From Octopus bimaculoides (Eukaryota), in the NCBI RefSeq assembly GCF_001194135.2, contig NC_068993.1:19750436-19814435 (forward strand): a stretch of DNA of 64,000 bases, in the 5' to 3' direction. The notes below the pieces were generated by a model. The model was given only the letters and a program-made list of their open reading frames with translations, did no database searches and was not told the origin of the DNA. Numbering within the stretch: position 1 is the first letter of the stretch; each line of letters opens with the position of its first letter. This document shows, piece after piece, positions 47,671 to 61,803 of this stretch. The translations under genes were made by a program, and so were the position numbers.

Positions 47671-50600
47671 GATGAAATTTCCTAAATATTTATACAAACG
47701 TGACCATATATTTCACAAATTCCAATCCAAAATGGCGGTGAATTGCTATTATTTTTAAGCAGAACACGAGAAAGTTTCTAATGATATTGCATGAAACCTA
47801 AGGTTCCTAAGGTAGTTTTGAAAATTCACAAACAAACAAAGCATTTATCCCCGAATGCGGTGTTGAGTACTCATTCTCAATGTTCAAGACTAACGTGAAT
47901 ATATATATATATATATATATANNNNNNNNNNNNNNNNNNNNNNNNNNNNNNNNNNNNNNNNNNNNNNNNNNNNNNNNNNNNNNNNNNNNNNNNNNNNNNN
48001 NNNNNNNNNNNNNNNNNNNNNNNNNNNNNNNNNNNNNNNATATATATTTATATTTATACACTTAATAATTAATTAGTAATATATACGTGTGTATGTATGT
48101 ATGTATGTATGCATGTATGCATGTATGTTTGTATGTATATACGTATTTAATATGCATGTATGTATGGGGTTTTCTGCGATCTTTCAGGCGATAATGTAAA
48201 ATTATGAAACAAGGCAGATTATGGTAGGATGCATAATGTCCTATCAGGTGACTAGATTTAACCAATGAGATTCTACTTTATTAGTACCCATGAACTTCAC
48301 ATTTTCTGCCTTCGTTTTCATGTCTTCTGAAGGGTGATATAAACCCGACAGTATCTAAATTTAGTATATATCTGGAACTTCTGTGAAAGACTTGGTACCA
48401 TCCTTACCAAAAAAATGTAGAAATATGCTGCAAGGAATTAGAGAAATTGAATAAGCCATTTATGCCTACTTCTGTTCGTATATTGCAGTTTTTTCATTCC
48501 TTCCCTTTACTAAACGTTGTTGATTTTTTTTTTAAAGTTCTATTAATATTCTTGTTTCCATAGTCTCCGTGCGAGGCGGCAATGACTTTGCTGGTGAGTA
48601 ATTTCTTTATAGAAGCTATTTATTATTTTTCTCAGTTCTCGAAGTTAATGGGATCTAAATCCAGGCAATTATGTTATAAAATTACCTTTTTGCTTTCCTT
48701 TTTTTGTTTTAATTTTTTGTTGATTAATTATTATTTGCTTTCAGTTTTCGATATCTTCTTTGAAAAATCAATATTTATATAATTCTTTCAACGGTGGATA
48801 GCATCACCAGTGGAACACTAGACAAAATGGTTTGTGATATTTATCACAGTCACTTACAAGTTCACACCATGCCGGGGTCAATGTTTCAATTCACCTCTTT
48901 TGTTGTTGATAAAATAAAAATCAGTGAAGCACTATGATCGATCAAATCAGCACACCCTTTCGTTAAAATTAAGTATGTTGTGGATGAGTTAAAAATCAAT
49001 ATTCAAATAATTAACAGTCAAACAAATGTATTTTTATTGTTTCTGTATTCTTGATTTCTACCTAGATAACTACAGATAATTGCAAAGCCTTTTTATTTTA
49101 TCTGTAAAGACGAAATAGTGCCTGTGGTGATATTGTTTTCATGGATGTGCGTATACTATTCTGGGTTTTATGTCTACTATTATATATTTGATTGAAACCA
49201 CATAATGTTACTGCGTTCGATATCTATAGTGAAGAGGAAGGTTAAACACTTAAAGTACTAAGCAAAAAGATTTTAATTAAAAATACGTTTGTGTGAAGAG
49301 AAATAAAGGATTAAATTTAATGATAACTCTTACCATGAAATGCAAGGGATACAACTCTGAAATCCAAATTATTTAAGCATCAAATGGTGAAATCAACAGG
49401 GTAGAAGTTTGGTCTTTTGGTAAATGCATTAACAGCACGTGATATGTTCCATTATTATCAGGCTTCCTCGGCGAAGCTGACTCTTACCCTATTTACTCTC
49501 AGCTCATTTCAATGACCCGAGAGAGTGAAAGAATTTTGATGACAGTCATTCATTTGGTGACTTACTATGATGATTGGGGAAGATTTCTTTAAGATGCTTT
49601 CTGCATATAAAAAATCATAGTACAAGGTAGCCTACAATGAGTAGCGCTCGTTGTTTGGCATAAGGAGTAGGTTTCGATTCCATAATTCGTAAAATAGCCT
49701 GACACAGGTCATTAAGTGGGGTTACAATCGAAATTAAGTGGACAAAAATCATGCTAATTATGGCTTAATCAGAGAATGGACGAAAGAATCCGTGGTACTT
49801 TTTGTAGGATCTTCAAAGTTGATGGAATAAATGAAGAAAGACTTCGTGGATTACTGTTTAAATGTTTGCAACAGAGTAGACTTCGCTCATAACACACAAG
49901 AGCCTAGAAGTGGTATCAAACTAGAAACGGTTTGGAAGTGGTGTTAAGCTAGAAAGTTTGTCACACAAAAGAAATATATGAGTAAAATATCCTTTCTTTG
50001 AAATTTCTGTAACGTATTTCGAGATGTAGAATTGAAAAAAAAACAAAAACATATTAGTTTTCACATTTAAAGGATTTTTAAAAATCACTATATTTGGGTG
50101 TAAGTTTATTGCAAATGAAAGAAATTTCGAGTAACAAACATTTTTAGTTACTAAACTAAAACCAGCGAATGATACCTATTATTAATTTCTTTCATACTCT
50201 CATTCACTCATAATATTCTGCTTAAGTCTATTCCATAACAGAATCAATATTATCCTCTTACAATAGTTGTAAACACTGTAGAATATTAAAAATATCACAG
50301 CGAATGTTTGCTATTGGTCTCGCTTTGTGACCATTTTATTTTACTTACATCGCTTATGAAATTATCAATGTGTAGAAAACAGAAAACAAAAAATGAGCAA
50401 TCGTAATAGCCATGTCTTTCTTCAACAGTATTAGTCAAGTAAAAAAAATTGCTCTAGCAATGAATTGAAACCCGTTATACATTCAAATCATTGTAATCTT
50501 TGGTAGATTGCACTAAGACGTAAAGTTTACAGAAAAACGAAATGCGAATGAAAGTCAAAGCTATAATTATGTTCATGTTGCTGAATCTGAGAAAATTCCA

Positions 50601-50917
50601 TTCACTACCTAAACTCATAAAACTGCTTTTATTTTCGGTTATAACATATTAAGCCTACGCATTGGTGACACGGGTTAAATAGGATTAGTTATTCCTTCTG
50701 CAAACGACCTCGAGGTTATTTTTAAACCTGAACAACGCAGCTAACATGGAGTTAAAAGATGCCATTTGCTTCAAGATAATACTTCTCTTAGACGTTTCAG
50801 TGCCAGAACTAACAAACTATATTGAAACAATTTCTTTTATGTTTAGTAAACTAATTAAACTTTGGAAAATGTATTACAGATTCTTATCAGAAAGGCTCCA
50901 AGCACAAACAGACAGAC

Positions 50918-50994
<77 letters not shown>
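50918..50994 (+). repeat. (GATA)n array at the 3' flank of the Tx1 element
   Basis: Direct reading; preceded by (GACA)n. Confidence 0.97.
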
Positions 50995-50995
<1 letters not shown>

Positions 50996-52448
50996 GTTTC
51001 TTTATTAGCCACACCATATAGGGCCGAACACGGAGGGAACAAAATACAATGTAGAGCTTTTCTTTTCGAAACTAGAAAAAAGGAAAAAAAAAAATTCCGA
51101 TCAAAAGGGATTGTGGGAAAAAAAACGATCAAAAGGGAATTTTTAAAAGTGTAAAAAGCAAGATTAGGTTTATCCGTGGAAAGAAAAGCCTACGGAAAAG
51201 ACCACGTTAACCCCAAGCAGGGAGAGAATAAACACATGAGAGCAAAGTGCTCTCTCTTTCTCTCTCTTTTCGATTTGCAAGCTCATGCTCAAAGTAGTTT
51301 CGTCACTCACACGCACCAATTTTGCTACATTCACCCACCTTTCATTGAAACTTTCACGAGACAAAACTTGCCTCTCTATTCTCACCTTCCTTTTCAAGTG
51401 GTACTTAAAAAAGTTGACGAGCGATTGGCCAGAGAGGTAAGTTTTTGTCTCTAAACCTTTCGCTCGAGTCCACCACACACATTCTTTCACCGTCGCCACC
51501 AGTACGATGAAGACTGCCTTGCCTTCCCAGTTAAGGGAAGGTGGTGGAGCAATTTTCACGATAGACTCGGCCGACAGTCGGATTCGTCCCACACGTGACT
51601 GCTGCCGTTCGGCATAAGCCCACGGTTCCGAAATGGTTGGACACTGCATGAGTGCGTGCAGAACGGTTTCGTCGCTCTGACCGCATCTCGGGCAAGTCAG
51701 TCCAGTGTGTCTCGAACCGTACCTATAGAGCTTATCCCGAACAGGTAATGCTTCTCGATAGCACTGCCAGGCCAGGGATCTTTGGTGATTGACAATAGGT
51801 CCCGGCTCGAAAGTTGTCCTGAACAGGCTGGTCAGATGTTCCTCGTCGACGCTCAGATTCTGCCCAAGAACGTCGTCGCACCTCCCCTCCACTAGTCCTC
51901 TATATAATGCCTTTGTGTAATTGAAATCGCACATGTTTGGTCCCAGACGGTAGAGTTGTTTGAGAGCAAGGCGGCACTCACGGTGCCATTCGCCTAGCCT
52001 CGGTCTCTGTTCGATCCACGACTGCAGTTCGGCCAAAGAGACGAGCTGCAGGAAAGCGCGCCGCACAAACGGCGATCACACCTGTTAACCGTTGTTTATG
52101 AAGCGCCGGAGATGTCGCAGTCTCAGCACATGTCTGCACATCATCAACCACGGCATGCCTACCCATCCATTTAGCATGTGTTGACAGAAAATGGATCGCC
52201 TAACCATACGAACGCTTCCCTTCCGCAAAAAGCTGAAGAGTATGCGTTCCAGTTTGGTGATGGTAAAGTCGGAACAAGGCACGACAGTCAGACGGTAATC
52301 GATGACGGACACGATGTACGTGTTTGCCACCTCCGCCCGACCTTTTAGGGATAGCTTCCTCTCGGCCCGTTGTTGGGTGAGAGTGGCTACCCTAGTCGTG
52401 ATCTCGCCCCAGTTGTTCTCCTTTTGGAAGTCCAGATAGGCAGGCAGT

Positions 52449-52450
<2 letters not shown>
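50995..52450 (-). mobile_element. 5'-truncated Tx1/L1-clade LINE (ORF2 C-terminal region with zf-RVT and CCHC, 3' UTR, AATAAA)
   Basis: NWGEITTRV...RKLSLKGRAEVAN...; LPVRDKL; CPRCGQSDETVLHALMQC. One frame broken only by two stops near 52076-52087; AATAAA (minus) at 51001-51006. Confidence 0.92.

Positions 52451-52489
<39 letters not shown>
52451..52489 (+). repeat. (GATA)n array at the 5' truncation point of the Tx1 element
   Basis: Direct reading. Confidence 0.97.
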
Positions 52490-53350
52490 CATAATCGCAA
52501 TGAAGAAGTAGAATAAAGATAAGCTAAAGTATACGTCTTTGATATTCAGCAGAGTGATCATTACTTTCAACGCAAATGCATTTGAACTGCACGATGCGAC
52601 CTGCAAAGTGGAGACCATCATACCGTGTCGAATTGCTTATAAAATAATGTCTTAACCCTTTTACTGCCGAAAGCCTATATATATCCACTCAAAATTTCAT
52701 TACTTTATCTGATACTTTTCGTTAAGGAATGTTATATATTTAAAACTATTTTCTGTTGTGGTATGTCAAGTTTATTGAGACTACGTGACTTGCAGAAAAT
52801 ACCAGCTCTACTTTTTGGTTGATATTTAATATCATTACCGAAATAACTGTGAAATTTAATTTCGCAGTCAAAGAATTAAGCACAAAGTTGGTTCAATTCT
52901 AAGAAAACCGGAGATATGGCTTTGAACACAGTGTTCAAAAATGTGCGAAAATTAATAATATGATTGGTAAAATTGTCGAAGGATAACCATGAAAGCTAAA
53001 AGCAATTTTCAGTAATATTTTAAGCAAAGTTTAAATAAATACAAACATTCAAATACCTGTATTTTTTATGCTCTATCACAAGTGTGAATTTGCAATATTG
53101 ATATCACAGAATCAACTTCCAGGAACAAAAGACAAAGAATCTTATGATCAAATATGTGTGTAGGTGTAAAGTGATTTCAACCGAATTTGAGTGAAAAGTA
53201 GGTAGAATGGTTATAATTACCATCTGCTTCTGGCGAGGAATGTTAGTATTTTTTTGTATGCTGATGATAATATTAGAAAATTTTTTTTTTCTACATATGT
53301 AGATATACACACACACATACATAAGAAATGAGAAAATGAGAAATACACGC

Positions 53351-53397
<47 letters not shown>

Positions 53398-53704
53398 TTA
53401 ATATTTCTAAGTCTCTCTAAAGGAGACTACGGCAGCGGTACTGGAAATTAATAGTTATCGCCAAGCCAACATGGCAGTCCCAAAATTAGGACGAAAGCTG
53501 CCGNNNNNNNNNNNNNNNNNNNNNNNNNNNNNNNNNNNNNNNNNNNNNNNNNNNNNNNNNNNNNNNNNNNNNNNNNNNNNNNNNNNNNNNNNNNNNNNNN
53601 NNNNNNNNNNNNNNNNNNNNNNNNNNNNNNNNNNNNNNNNNNNNNNNNNNNNNNNNNNNNNNNNNNNNNNNNNNNNNNNNNNNNNNNNNNNNNNNNNNNN
53701 NNNN

Positions 53705-53745
<41 letters not shown>

Positions 53746-53875
53746 TAGATACATACATACATACATACATACATACATACATGCATACACACACACATAT
53801 ACACACACACACACGTTCTGATGTTTATGACATGAGTGTATACATACATACATACATACATACATGTCTATGTAT

Positions 53876-54174
53876 GAAGGCGCGTAGCTTAGTGGTTAGG
53901 GTATTCAGGTCGCGAGTTCAATTCCCCAGTGACGCGTTGTGTCCTTGAGCAAGATATTTTATTTCAAGTTCCTCCAGTCCACTCAGCTGGCAAAAATGAG
54001 TAGCACCTATATTTAAAAGGGCCAGCCTTGTCGCACTCTGTGTCACACTGAATCTCCCTGAGAACGACGTTAAAGGTACATGTTTGTGGAGTGTTCAGCC
54101 ACTTGCACGTTAATCTTACGAGCAGGCTGTTCCGTTGTTCGGATCAACTGGAACCCTCATCGATGGAGTGCCGT
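53876..54174 (+). mobile_element. SINE family A
   Basis: GAAGGCGCGTAGCTTAGTGGTTAGGG...GAGTTCAATTCCCC...CTTGAGCAAG...GCAGGCTGTTCCGTTG.TCGGATCAACTGGAACCCTC...GGAGTGCC. Confidence 0.88.
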
Positions 54175-54218
54175 TTTATACACTCACACACATATATATG
54201 TGTATACACACACACACA

Positions 54219-54265
<47 letters not shown>

Positions 54266-56958
54266 GCGTGCATTTCTCATTTTCTCTTACATAATTCACA
54301 GAACAGCAGAACTCTATCGCATTTAAAACCTAAAACTATGTATTAGATAGAGGATGGAAGGGAGGATTAAATTTAATTTTAGTTGATTTAACTTAGTTCT
54401 TATATTATCAGAGGGCACGCAGTTGATATTTACTCTTAGAAAACGTCTGACCGCACCAGTAACTCCATCACTGGACATTTAAGTGAAAAAATCTATTCAT
54501 TTAAAGCAAATCTTTGATCTAATAAATCCTCGACCGAACGACCAAATGGAATTATATTCTTTAGAAACAACACCGAAGCGTTAATTTATCGATTTTACTT
54601 GTACACTAAACTAAAATAACAATTTTTGAAGTAAAATTATTTATGTAGTTTAACTACTTTGAGTTGTTTACTCGCTTGTTTCAAATAAATATTAGATTAC
54701 ACTTTTTCTTGATCATTTTCAGAAACCAATACTTGACTCTGTTGATTGTCATGGACTATTTTCAGCTTGATTATAATTTTAAAATTCGATATTTCCTTCA
54801 AAACATGAGATTCACCAATGTGCATTATATTTTCTCGATATACGCACTGCAGTGTGAAAGTTTTTATGATCGTCTCACGTTACGGCAATAAAATTAGAAC
54901 GGTGAATTGATACCTGTAACGAGTTTAGAGACTAATCTAGGCTGTTATTATTTTACAAAGCAAATAATGTACAGGGAGATATGAATAATGCATCTTCACA
55001 CATCATTTTCGGATCCAAGATTAAACATTTTCAATTATAACAATGTTAACTTTAAGTAAGTAATAATCTTACATTGCCATTATTCTTATATTTATAACTT
55101 AATGTATATGCCTGATATTAGTGTTTTCCATCTTAGAACAGAACACTTTTACTTACCAATTAGTCAAATATATTTCACTGTAGTTTTTATAAACTTAAAA
55201 CAACTGAATAAGAGTCCTTCGAGTAAATAGAGGATTCTAGAGGGAAGCAACTACTTAAGGAAGGACTGAGCAAAGTATATGATGCACAGAGAGATACATT
55301 AAGGATGATAAGATACGAAATGACATGTGATTGGGAGGCTCCGTCAGCTAGTGTTGTTATGCAACTTGCTATTTCAGAGAACCGTTGGAGAAGCGACATA
55401 TGAAACATTGGAGGAATAGTGCTGACTTCCAAGTATACGTCAATTCGTATCTTTTCATCCTTAATGTATCTCACTCTCTGTATTAAATGCTTTGCTCAGT
55501 CACTCCTTATTTGTAAATTAACTTTAATCGGTAGGTGATGTTATACTTCTTTTTCTTTTCTTTGCAGAACAGTAATACTATCCCTGATATGTGAGCAATA
55601 CTAACGACAACGTAGTGTCTGTTTCGACTTTATACCTTGGGATAGAACCCTTCAGGATGCTTTTCTAACGTGTAAATTTTCTATAAAACATAATCAGAGA
55701 TTATGAGATGGTGTATTTGTAGTACTTTAAATGTACATTGTTTTAGCGCATGACTCAGCACTACGGGAGTGTTTGACTAATATGTGTATCGGTTGTAAAT
55801 TTGCGATTTTGAGAGAGATTAGATGATTATATTCCGATTACCGGATATTTTTTATATTTATCTCTGGACAGTCGGTTTGTATCTGGCTGAGCGTTTCTAG
55901 GTTGCATAATCTACAAAAGAATTTGTGATTCTAAAAGAGACTGTAGCCATGTTCTAATTGCAGGATTTGATTTTTCTTTTCTTGATTTTTTTGCTCTTAG
56001 AATCGGTGTGCGCCTGACAGTGGGTGTCTAGATTGCACGAAGAGTGGTACTATTTCATTTTGCTTCAGCAATGGTCTGTTCTATTCTAAATTATTGAACT
56101 TTATATCAATATTGGCCGAACCATTCAATGCGCACGTTTATCCTTATCTCATCATCTTTACTATGATATAGGAATGTTTGCATTAGAGAGCTTTATGGAA
56201 TATGTCAAAAACAGTTGTGTTAGAGTACAATGAAATGAAGCTGCTTGACAAACAAAACATGAGCAGCAATCTGAAGATGCCAGTTATCTTTCGTTGTCAA
56301 AAGTATGCATCGCAAAAGAGGACATTTCTGGTAGATTTAGTTCAAGAACTGCATTGATTATTCCTAAGATTGAGAAAACTGAAGGTTATAAAGGACATGG
56401 TTGTTTATGAATGTGTCTAGCCTCTCTTTCTCTTTGAAATGTCGGAAGTAAATATATCGCGGATTGGTAAGGTATCACAGGATGCACATCTTGAGACTAG
56501 AGAATAACATCAATGGTTTCCAGAGATTGATTTTTGTACAGAAATATAGAAGAGTTTTGGAAAAAAAAAGGAAGCTGGTTTTGGACTACATCGCTTGAAG
56601 TGAATGGAAATGATAAATAATACCACTAGAACCGGTTTTGTTATTTGAATTAAATAGAGAAATCATCGTAATTTAATCATTTTAGATCAGACTCGATCGA
56701 GAAGGCCTAACATATACACCTTTTAGACCTTCTGACTTTTATTTTTTTAAGAAACAGTGTATCTAGGATCACATTAACTAATATAATATATTGCAGTCGC
56801 TAGTTTATGATTTGACTGAGATGTAGCTGCTGTTTCTAGCGATGAGATCGTTAGCGTGAAGGAAAAGATGTTTGGGAGCGCTTCCTTGTATGGTTGTGAG
56901 CGTTGTGTATGCGCGTGCGAGTGTGTACGTGCATGTGTGCATGTGTGTGCGTGTGTGT

Positions 56959-57033
<75 letters not shown>

Positions 57034-57856
57034 CTAGAGTGGGAAAATAGTTGCTTTATATGTAGAAGATGTATAAATTATTCAGTATATCAATACCTAC
57101 TTGATATATGTATAAAAGTGCTGCTTACGACTACGTCTTTGTTCAAGAGAGCAATGTGGATGTTTTCTTCAAACTTAGGAGATATTCTTATGGCAACTGA
57201 TTAGAAGGCTCCACTGAAGTTTGGGTGACGAAATAGCTTACAGCTTGAGAAATACACAAAGGCATCATGTAGTGTACTGATGATTGTCTTGAAGACGTTG
57301 CTGTAGATACTGGATTCCTTCAGATGACGTATCTGCAATGTTATTCGCCTGTATAGATGAGACACAGCTGCGAGAGAAGCACTTAGGACATACGTGAGGA
57401 TTTTATAGCTTTGAGGCTGCACGTGCTTTTGATATTATTCCCATAATCCAGACTTGTAGAAGAAATCTGAAATTTGGATTTTAAACACAAACAACTTTTC
57501 TCGATTACGTAGCATTATATTCATTGTCTTAAATTACCACAAAAATATCTATAGAAACAAATTTACATTTTTATGTCTCACTCTAATGTTTATAATTATA
57601 TTTTGCAATAAATGTTGTTACAAATTTTAGTGTATTTCATAAAACATTTTCTGTAAAGAAGTTTTATTAGATTACACTTAATTCGATGCGGTCTTCGAAT
57701 ATAAAAGATTCTGCGCTTATATCTAAGGGAATCGGGAGTTGTAAGGTTTAGTTAGGCGACAGATGTGGAGAATTTTACATTAAAAAAGGGCATTAATCAA
57801 ACGCTTAACTATTTTGATGTGTTGAAGTGGAAGCACATTTATTATTATATGTAATC

Positions 57857-58058
57857 AAGTTTGCGAGCAGGCGAAATCGTTAGAACGTTAGACAAAATGT
57901 TTTGCGGCATTTCATCTGTCTTTACGTTCTGACTTTAAACACTGCCGAGGTCGACTTCGCGTTTCTTCCTTTCGAAAAGTGGAGCACTGGGGTCATTGTA
58001 ATCGTCTAATCCTCTCCTCCCAAATTTCATGCCTTGTGCTTATCGTAGAAAAGATTAT
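57857..58058 (+). mobile_element. SINE family B
   Basis: GCGAGCAGGCGAAATCGTTAG...GCCGAGGTCGACTT...CCTTGTGC...GTAGAAAAGATTAT. Confidence 0.75.
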
Positions 58059-59489
58059 CAAGTGCAATCACTCTAAAACTCTACTCGAATAATTTACATG
58101 ATTTTTAAAAAAATATCATATGAATCGAGTTCATTGAGACTTTGTTCACAGGGCTACGTTGATTCGACAGAGGTCACGTGTTTTAATCTAAAAAGCCACG
58201 TTTGAATTTTCTGGGTTTCGAGGTGAGAATAAAATCAGTAGTTTTCTAAAAGTCGGTGTATTGGTCAGGTATACAACTATAGACGAACAACTTCTGCAGA
58301 CTGTTCGGAATGGTAATTGATTTAAACTCTGTTCCGATACGAAGAAGGGCGTATGTGTTCGAAGATGATCTATCTGTTTTTGTTGTTAGCTGAAGTTCAC
58401 TCTTGATCGAACAATCCTATGGGGAAAGACGTTTCAGCTGTGACAATTTTTAAGATAGCATATTTAGGGCCAATTGTCCATTATGCCACTCCCTCGTCCA
58501 ACGGGATGTGATTTAAATGAGATTTGGGTGCTTTTCAGTAGATCGAGTCTTAATGTAGAACATTTCAGCTAATGACTCCAGAGCGGTGAATGAGCTAAGA
58601 TTGACTACATCATGCTTCTTGCCTCATTTTGCATAGAAATATGTGCAAGAGTTTGTGGAAACCTTTTTACGGTCAGAGTCCGACTAGAAAAGGCAGCAGA
58701 AAATCGCTCCAAGGCATCATTTTAAAGCCAATGTTGCACATGCTTTGTTAATACAATCTACAAGAAACGTCAAACTTGAAACTCGCTGTAAATTTGTTCT
58801 CTGAACAATAAACCAATTGACAATTGAAAAATTTAAGTTGTTTTTGTCACACCTTATTTATTCTCAACGCTTCAAGCAAAAATAAAATGTTTGATAAATG
58901 AATCTTAAAGCTTATTTCTTTCACATAGTGTGATATTAGAGGTAAGAATTAAAATTTTGATATAATTGATGAATCACTATTGCGCTTTCTATATTCGATT
59001 TTAATGATATTTTCCAAATACAACGAGCACATAATTAAGAAGGAAATAAAATAGATTTTACTTAGGGAAAAATCAAGATCTTTATAAATTTGTTAATGCA
59101 CTCTATTTTGCGTATCAGAGTCAGTGGAGATAATTAAATGTCTACAGGCCGAATGTTAAAGTTTGTTATCGAACACGTTACATGCCCGTTTCCTATCATG
59201 ATATTAATATCAAATAAAATATGTGAATAATAAAACAATTTGATTTCATGCACGGGCGCAAAATTTTCGGTTAAGATGAGTGGGGTGGTCACTATATCTG
59301 TTGATGTCGATCTCAGCAAGGACAGAAGAGCATTTTATCTAAGTTTTCAATTCAAAATTAAATTAAACGGGAAATGGTAAAAAAAAAAAAACGCTACTGA
59401 AAGCAATTTATTACTACACTGATTACCTTACAATGGTTGAATATATTCCTAAGTCCACCATTTCGTGAAGAGACCTGCGTGAAGTTTTC

Positions 59490-60105
59490 AAAAACTTTTT
59501 CATCGTTCTCGACACAATCAAGGAGACCTTGTGTAAACTGAAACCTGTGTGTCATTTTGATCAGCTGAAAGCACTTTTGGCAGGAATTTGGCAGACACGC
59601 GTCTCATATAAAATCTTCAACGATAATGGACTGAACTGAACCATAACTAATCTTCACATCCTCTGATAACTCACAAACAGTGATTCGACGATTTCCCTTC
59701 ACAGCTGCACGCACATTTGCAATATTTTTCTCAGTTCTGCTGGTTGCTGGTCTCCCAGGATGTTCGTCAATATCGACATATTTTCAAACATTTTGGAAAC
59801 GTCTGAACCACTTCTACACTTGTGTGCTGCTCATACACTTCTCTCCATACACTTTCTGTAACTTTGCGTAGGCCTCTGAAGAGGTATTGTCATGACAACT
59901 TCCTCTGTCATGGTCAATGCGACGATCACACGCTACACACGTTCCTTCGAAGCACAGCTGTAAACAGCAGAAGTGAGCTAGAACGTTAAAACATACTGCG
60001 CATGCACAAAAGAGTTTAAGGTCAATCTGCATCAAGCGGCTTTACTCTGCGAGCTTTAGCTTCGTTACTAGGGCAACAGTCCGGACACTTTTTGATCAGA
60101 CTTCG
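59490..60105 (-). mobile_element. Mariner relic: left TIR and N-terminal transposase
   Basis: TA + CGAAGTCTGATCAAAAAGTGTCCGGAC; SEAYAKLQKVYGEKCMSSTQV...DEHPGRPAT...RRITVCELSEDV...MRRVSAKFLPKVLS. Confidence 0.9.
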
Positions 60106-60129
60106 TATATATATACATATATATATGTA

Positions 60130-60186
<57 letters not shown>

Positions 60187-60333
60187 CAACTTTAAATAGA
60201 GCTCAAAATTGATCCGTTGAAAATACTTTATTGCAACAACAATAACAATAATAATAACAAATAAATAGACCTATGTACATTTCGATAGAACATCCAGAAT
60301 GATTAATACATATCATAAAATATTATAAAATAT

Positions 60334-60474
60334 AGGATACTCCATCTCCTCAGGGTCCCATTATTATGAAAATTAGATTTGAATGGTTTCTGTTTTTTTT
60401 GGGATGTGTATTGCTAATAATAATGACGGTGATGATAGCAATAATAATGGGACCCTGAGGAGATGGAGTATCCT
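60334..60474. repeat. Perfect 34-bp inverted repeat with 73-nt spacer, right arm running into a gap
   Basis: AGGATACTCCATCTCCTCAGGGTCCCATTATTAT at 60334-60367 and its exact reverse complement at 60441-60474. Confidence 0.9.
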
Positions 60475-60773
60475 NNNNNNNNNNNNNNNNNNNNNNNNNN
60501 NNNNNNNNNNNNNNNNNNNNNNNNNNNNNNNNNNNNNNNNNNNNNNNNNNNNNNNNNNNNNNNNNNNNNNNNNNNNNNNNNNNNNNNNNNNNNNNNNNNN
60601 NNNNNNNNNNNNNNNNNNNNNNNNNNNNNNNNNNNNNNNNNNNNNNNNNNNNNNNNNNNNNNNNNNNNNNNNNNNNNNNNNNNNNNNNNNNNNNNNNNNN
60701 NNNNNNNNNNNNNNNNNNNNNNNNNNNNNNNNNNNNNNNNNNNNNNNNNNNNNNNNNNNNNNNNNNNNNNATA

Positions 60774-60829
<56 letters not shown>

Positions 60830-61675
60830 ATGTGTGTGTGTGTGTGTGTATGTATGTATATACTCAAATTGAGGGAGTGGAGCTGGTAAAATTCGGGGTA
60901 CATGTTTCCTAGATAGCAGATCGTCTGATGTATTAATTGCCCAGAGGATCTTCTAGCTAGGAAACATATGTAGTCCGATTTTTACCTCCTTCATTTTCTC
61001 AATTTGGATTTTTATTCGCATTCGTATGAATTCAAGTTGCAAAATTTTTGTCAGCTTATCGAAAAATCTACAATGCTGGACGTCAATAAATTATCATTGT
61101 TCCCGAACGTTGCTTTTTGAACCTACCACGGACTGCCCGAAGCTTACAAACTTCCTACACTCAGACTCTTGGATCTTTTAGTTAAACACACACACACACA
61201 CACAATCGCAGATAAGTATGTTTGTCTATACGTGTTTGTGTGTGTATGCGTGTGTATGTATGTATGCGCGTGTTTGTGTGTGTGTGTGCATGTTTGTGTG
61301 TGTGTGCTTGCAGATAGATAAGTATACGGATGATTTCATTAAACCAGCATTGTAATATCAATTACGATATCCATTATATCTCCTTGAAATTTATATTAAG
61401 CATATGTAATAAAAGTTCTCTTTTAAAAGCTTTGCATAATCCTTTATCTATGTCTAATCGATCGGATTCTGAGAAAAATAGACAAGTTGTTTTGATATCT
61501 CTTACCAGATAATGCTCTGTTGGCTAGTGATATTATGATACAAGGTTTGATAATCCCTACTTAAGAATTTGCAGCAAATACATATGTGTGTGTAAATATN
61601 NNNNNNNNNNNNNNNNNNNNNNNNNNNNNNNNNNNNNNNNNNNNNNNNNNNNNNNNNTATATGTATATATATATG

Positions 61676-61712
<37 letters not shown>

Positions 61713-61714
61713 AT

Positions 61715-61741
61715 ATAGATAGATAGATAGATAGATAGAAT

Positions 61742-61787
<46 letters not shown>

Positions 61788-61803
61788 GAGAGAGATAGAT
61801 AGA
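61715..61803 (+). repeat. (GATA)n microsatellite
   Basis: Direct reading, imperfect. Confidence 0.93.

Noticed and set aside
53261-53285. CTGATGA-TAATATTA-GAAA
   Set aside because: All-AT stem II without the G-C closing pair and no stem I; chance match.
57201-57422. 73-aa minus-strand ORF as an exon
   Set aside because: An alternative frame resembles a decayed RT motif (LY/ANNIA..SEGIQ, like LYADDIA..SEEGLQ); more likely a LINE relic, too weak to list as a feature.
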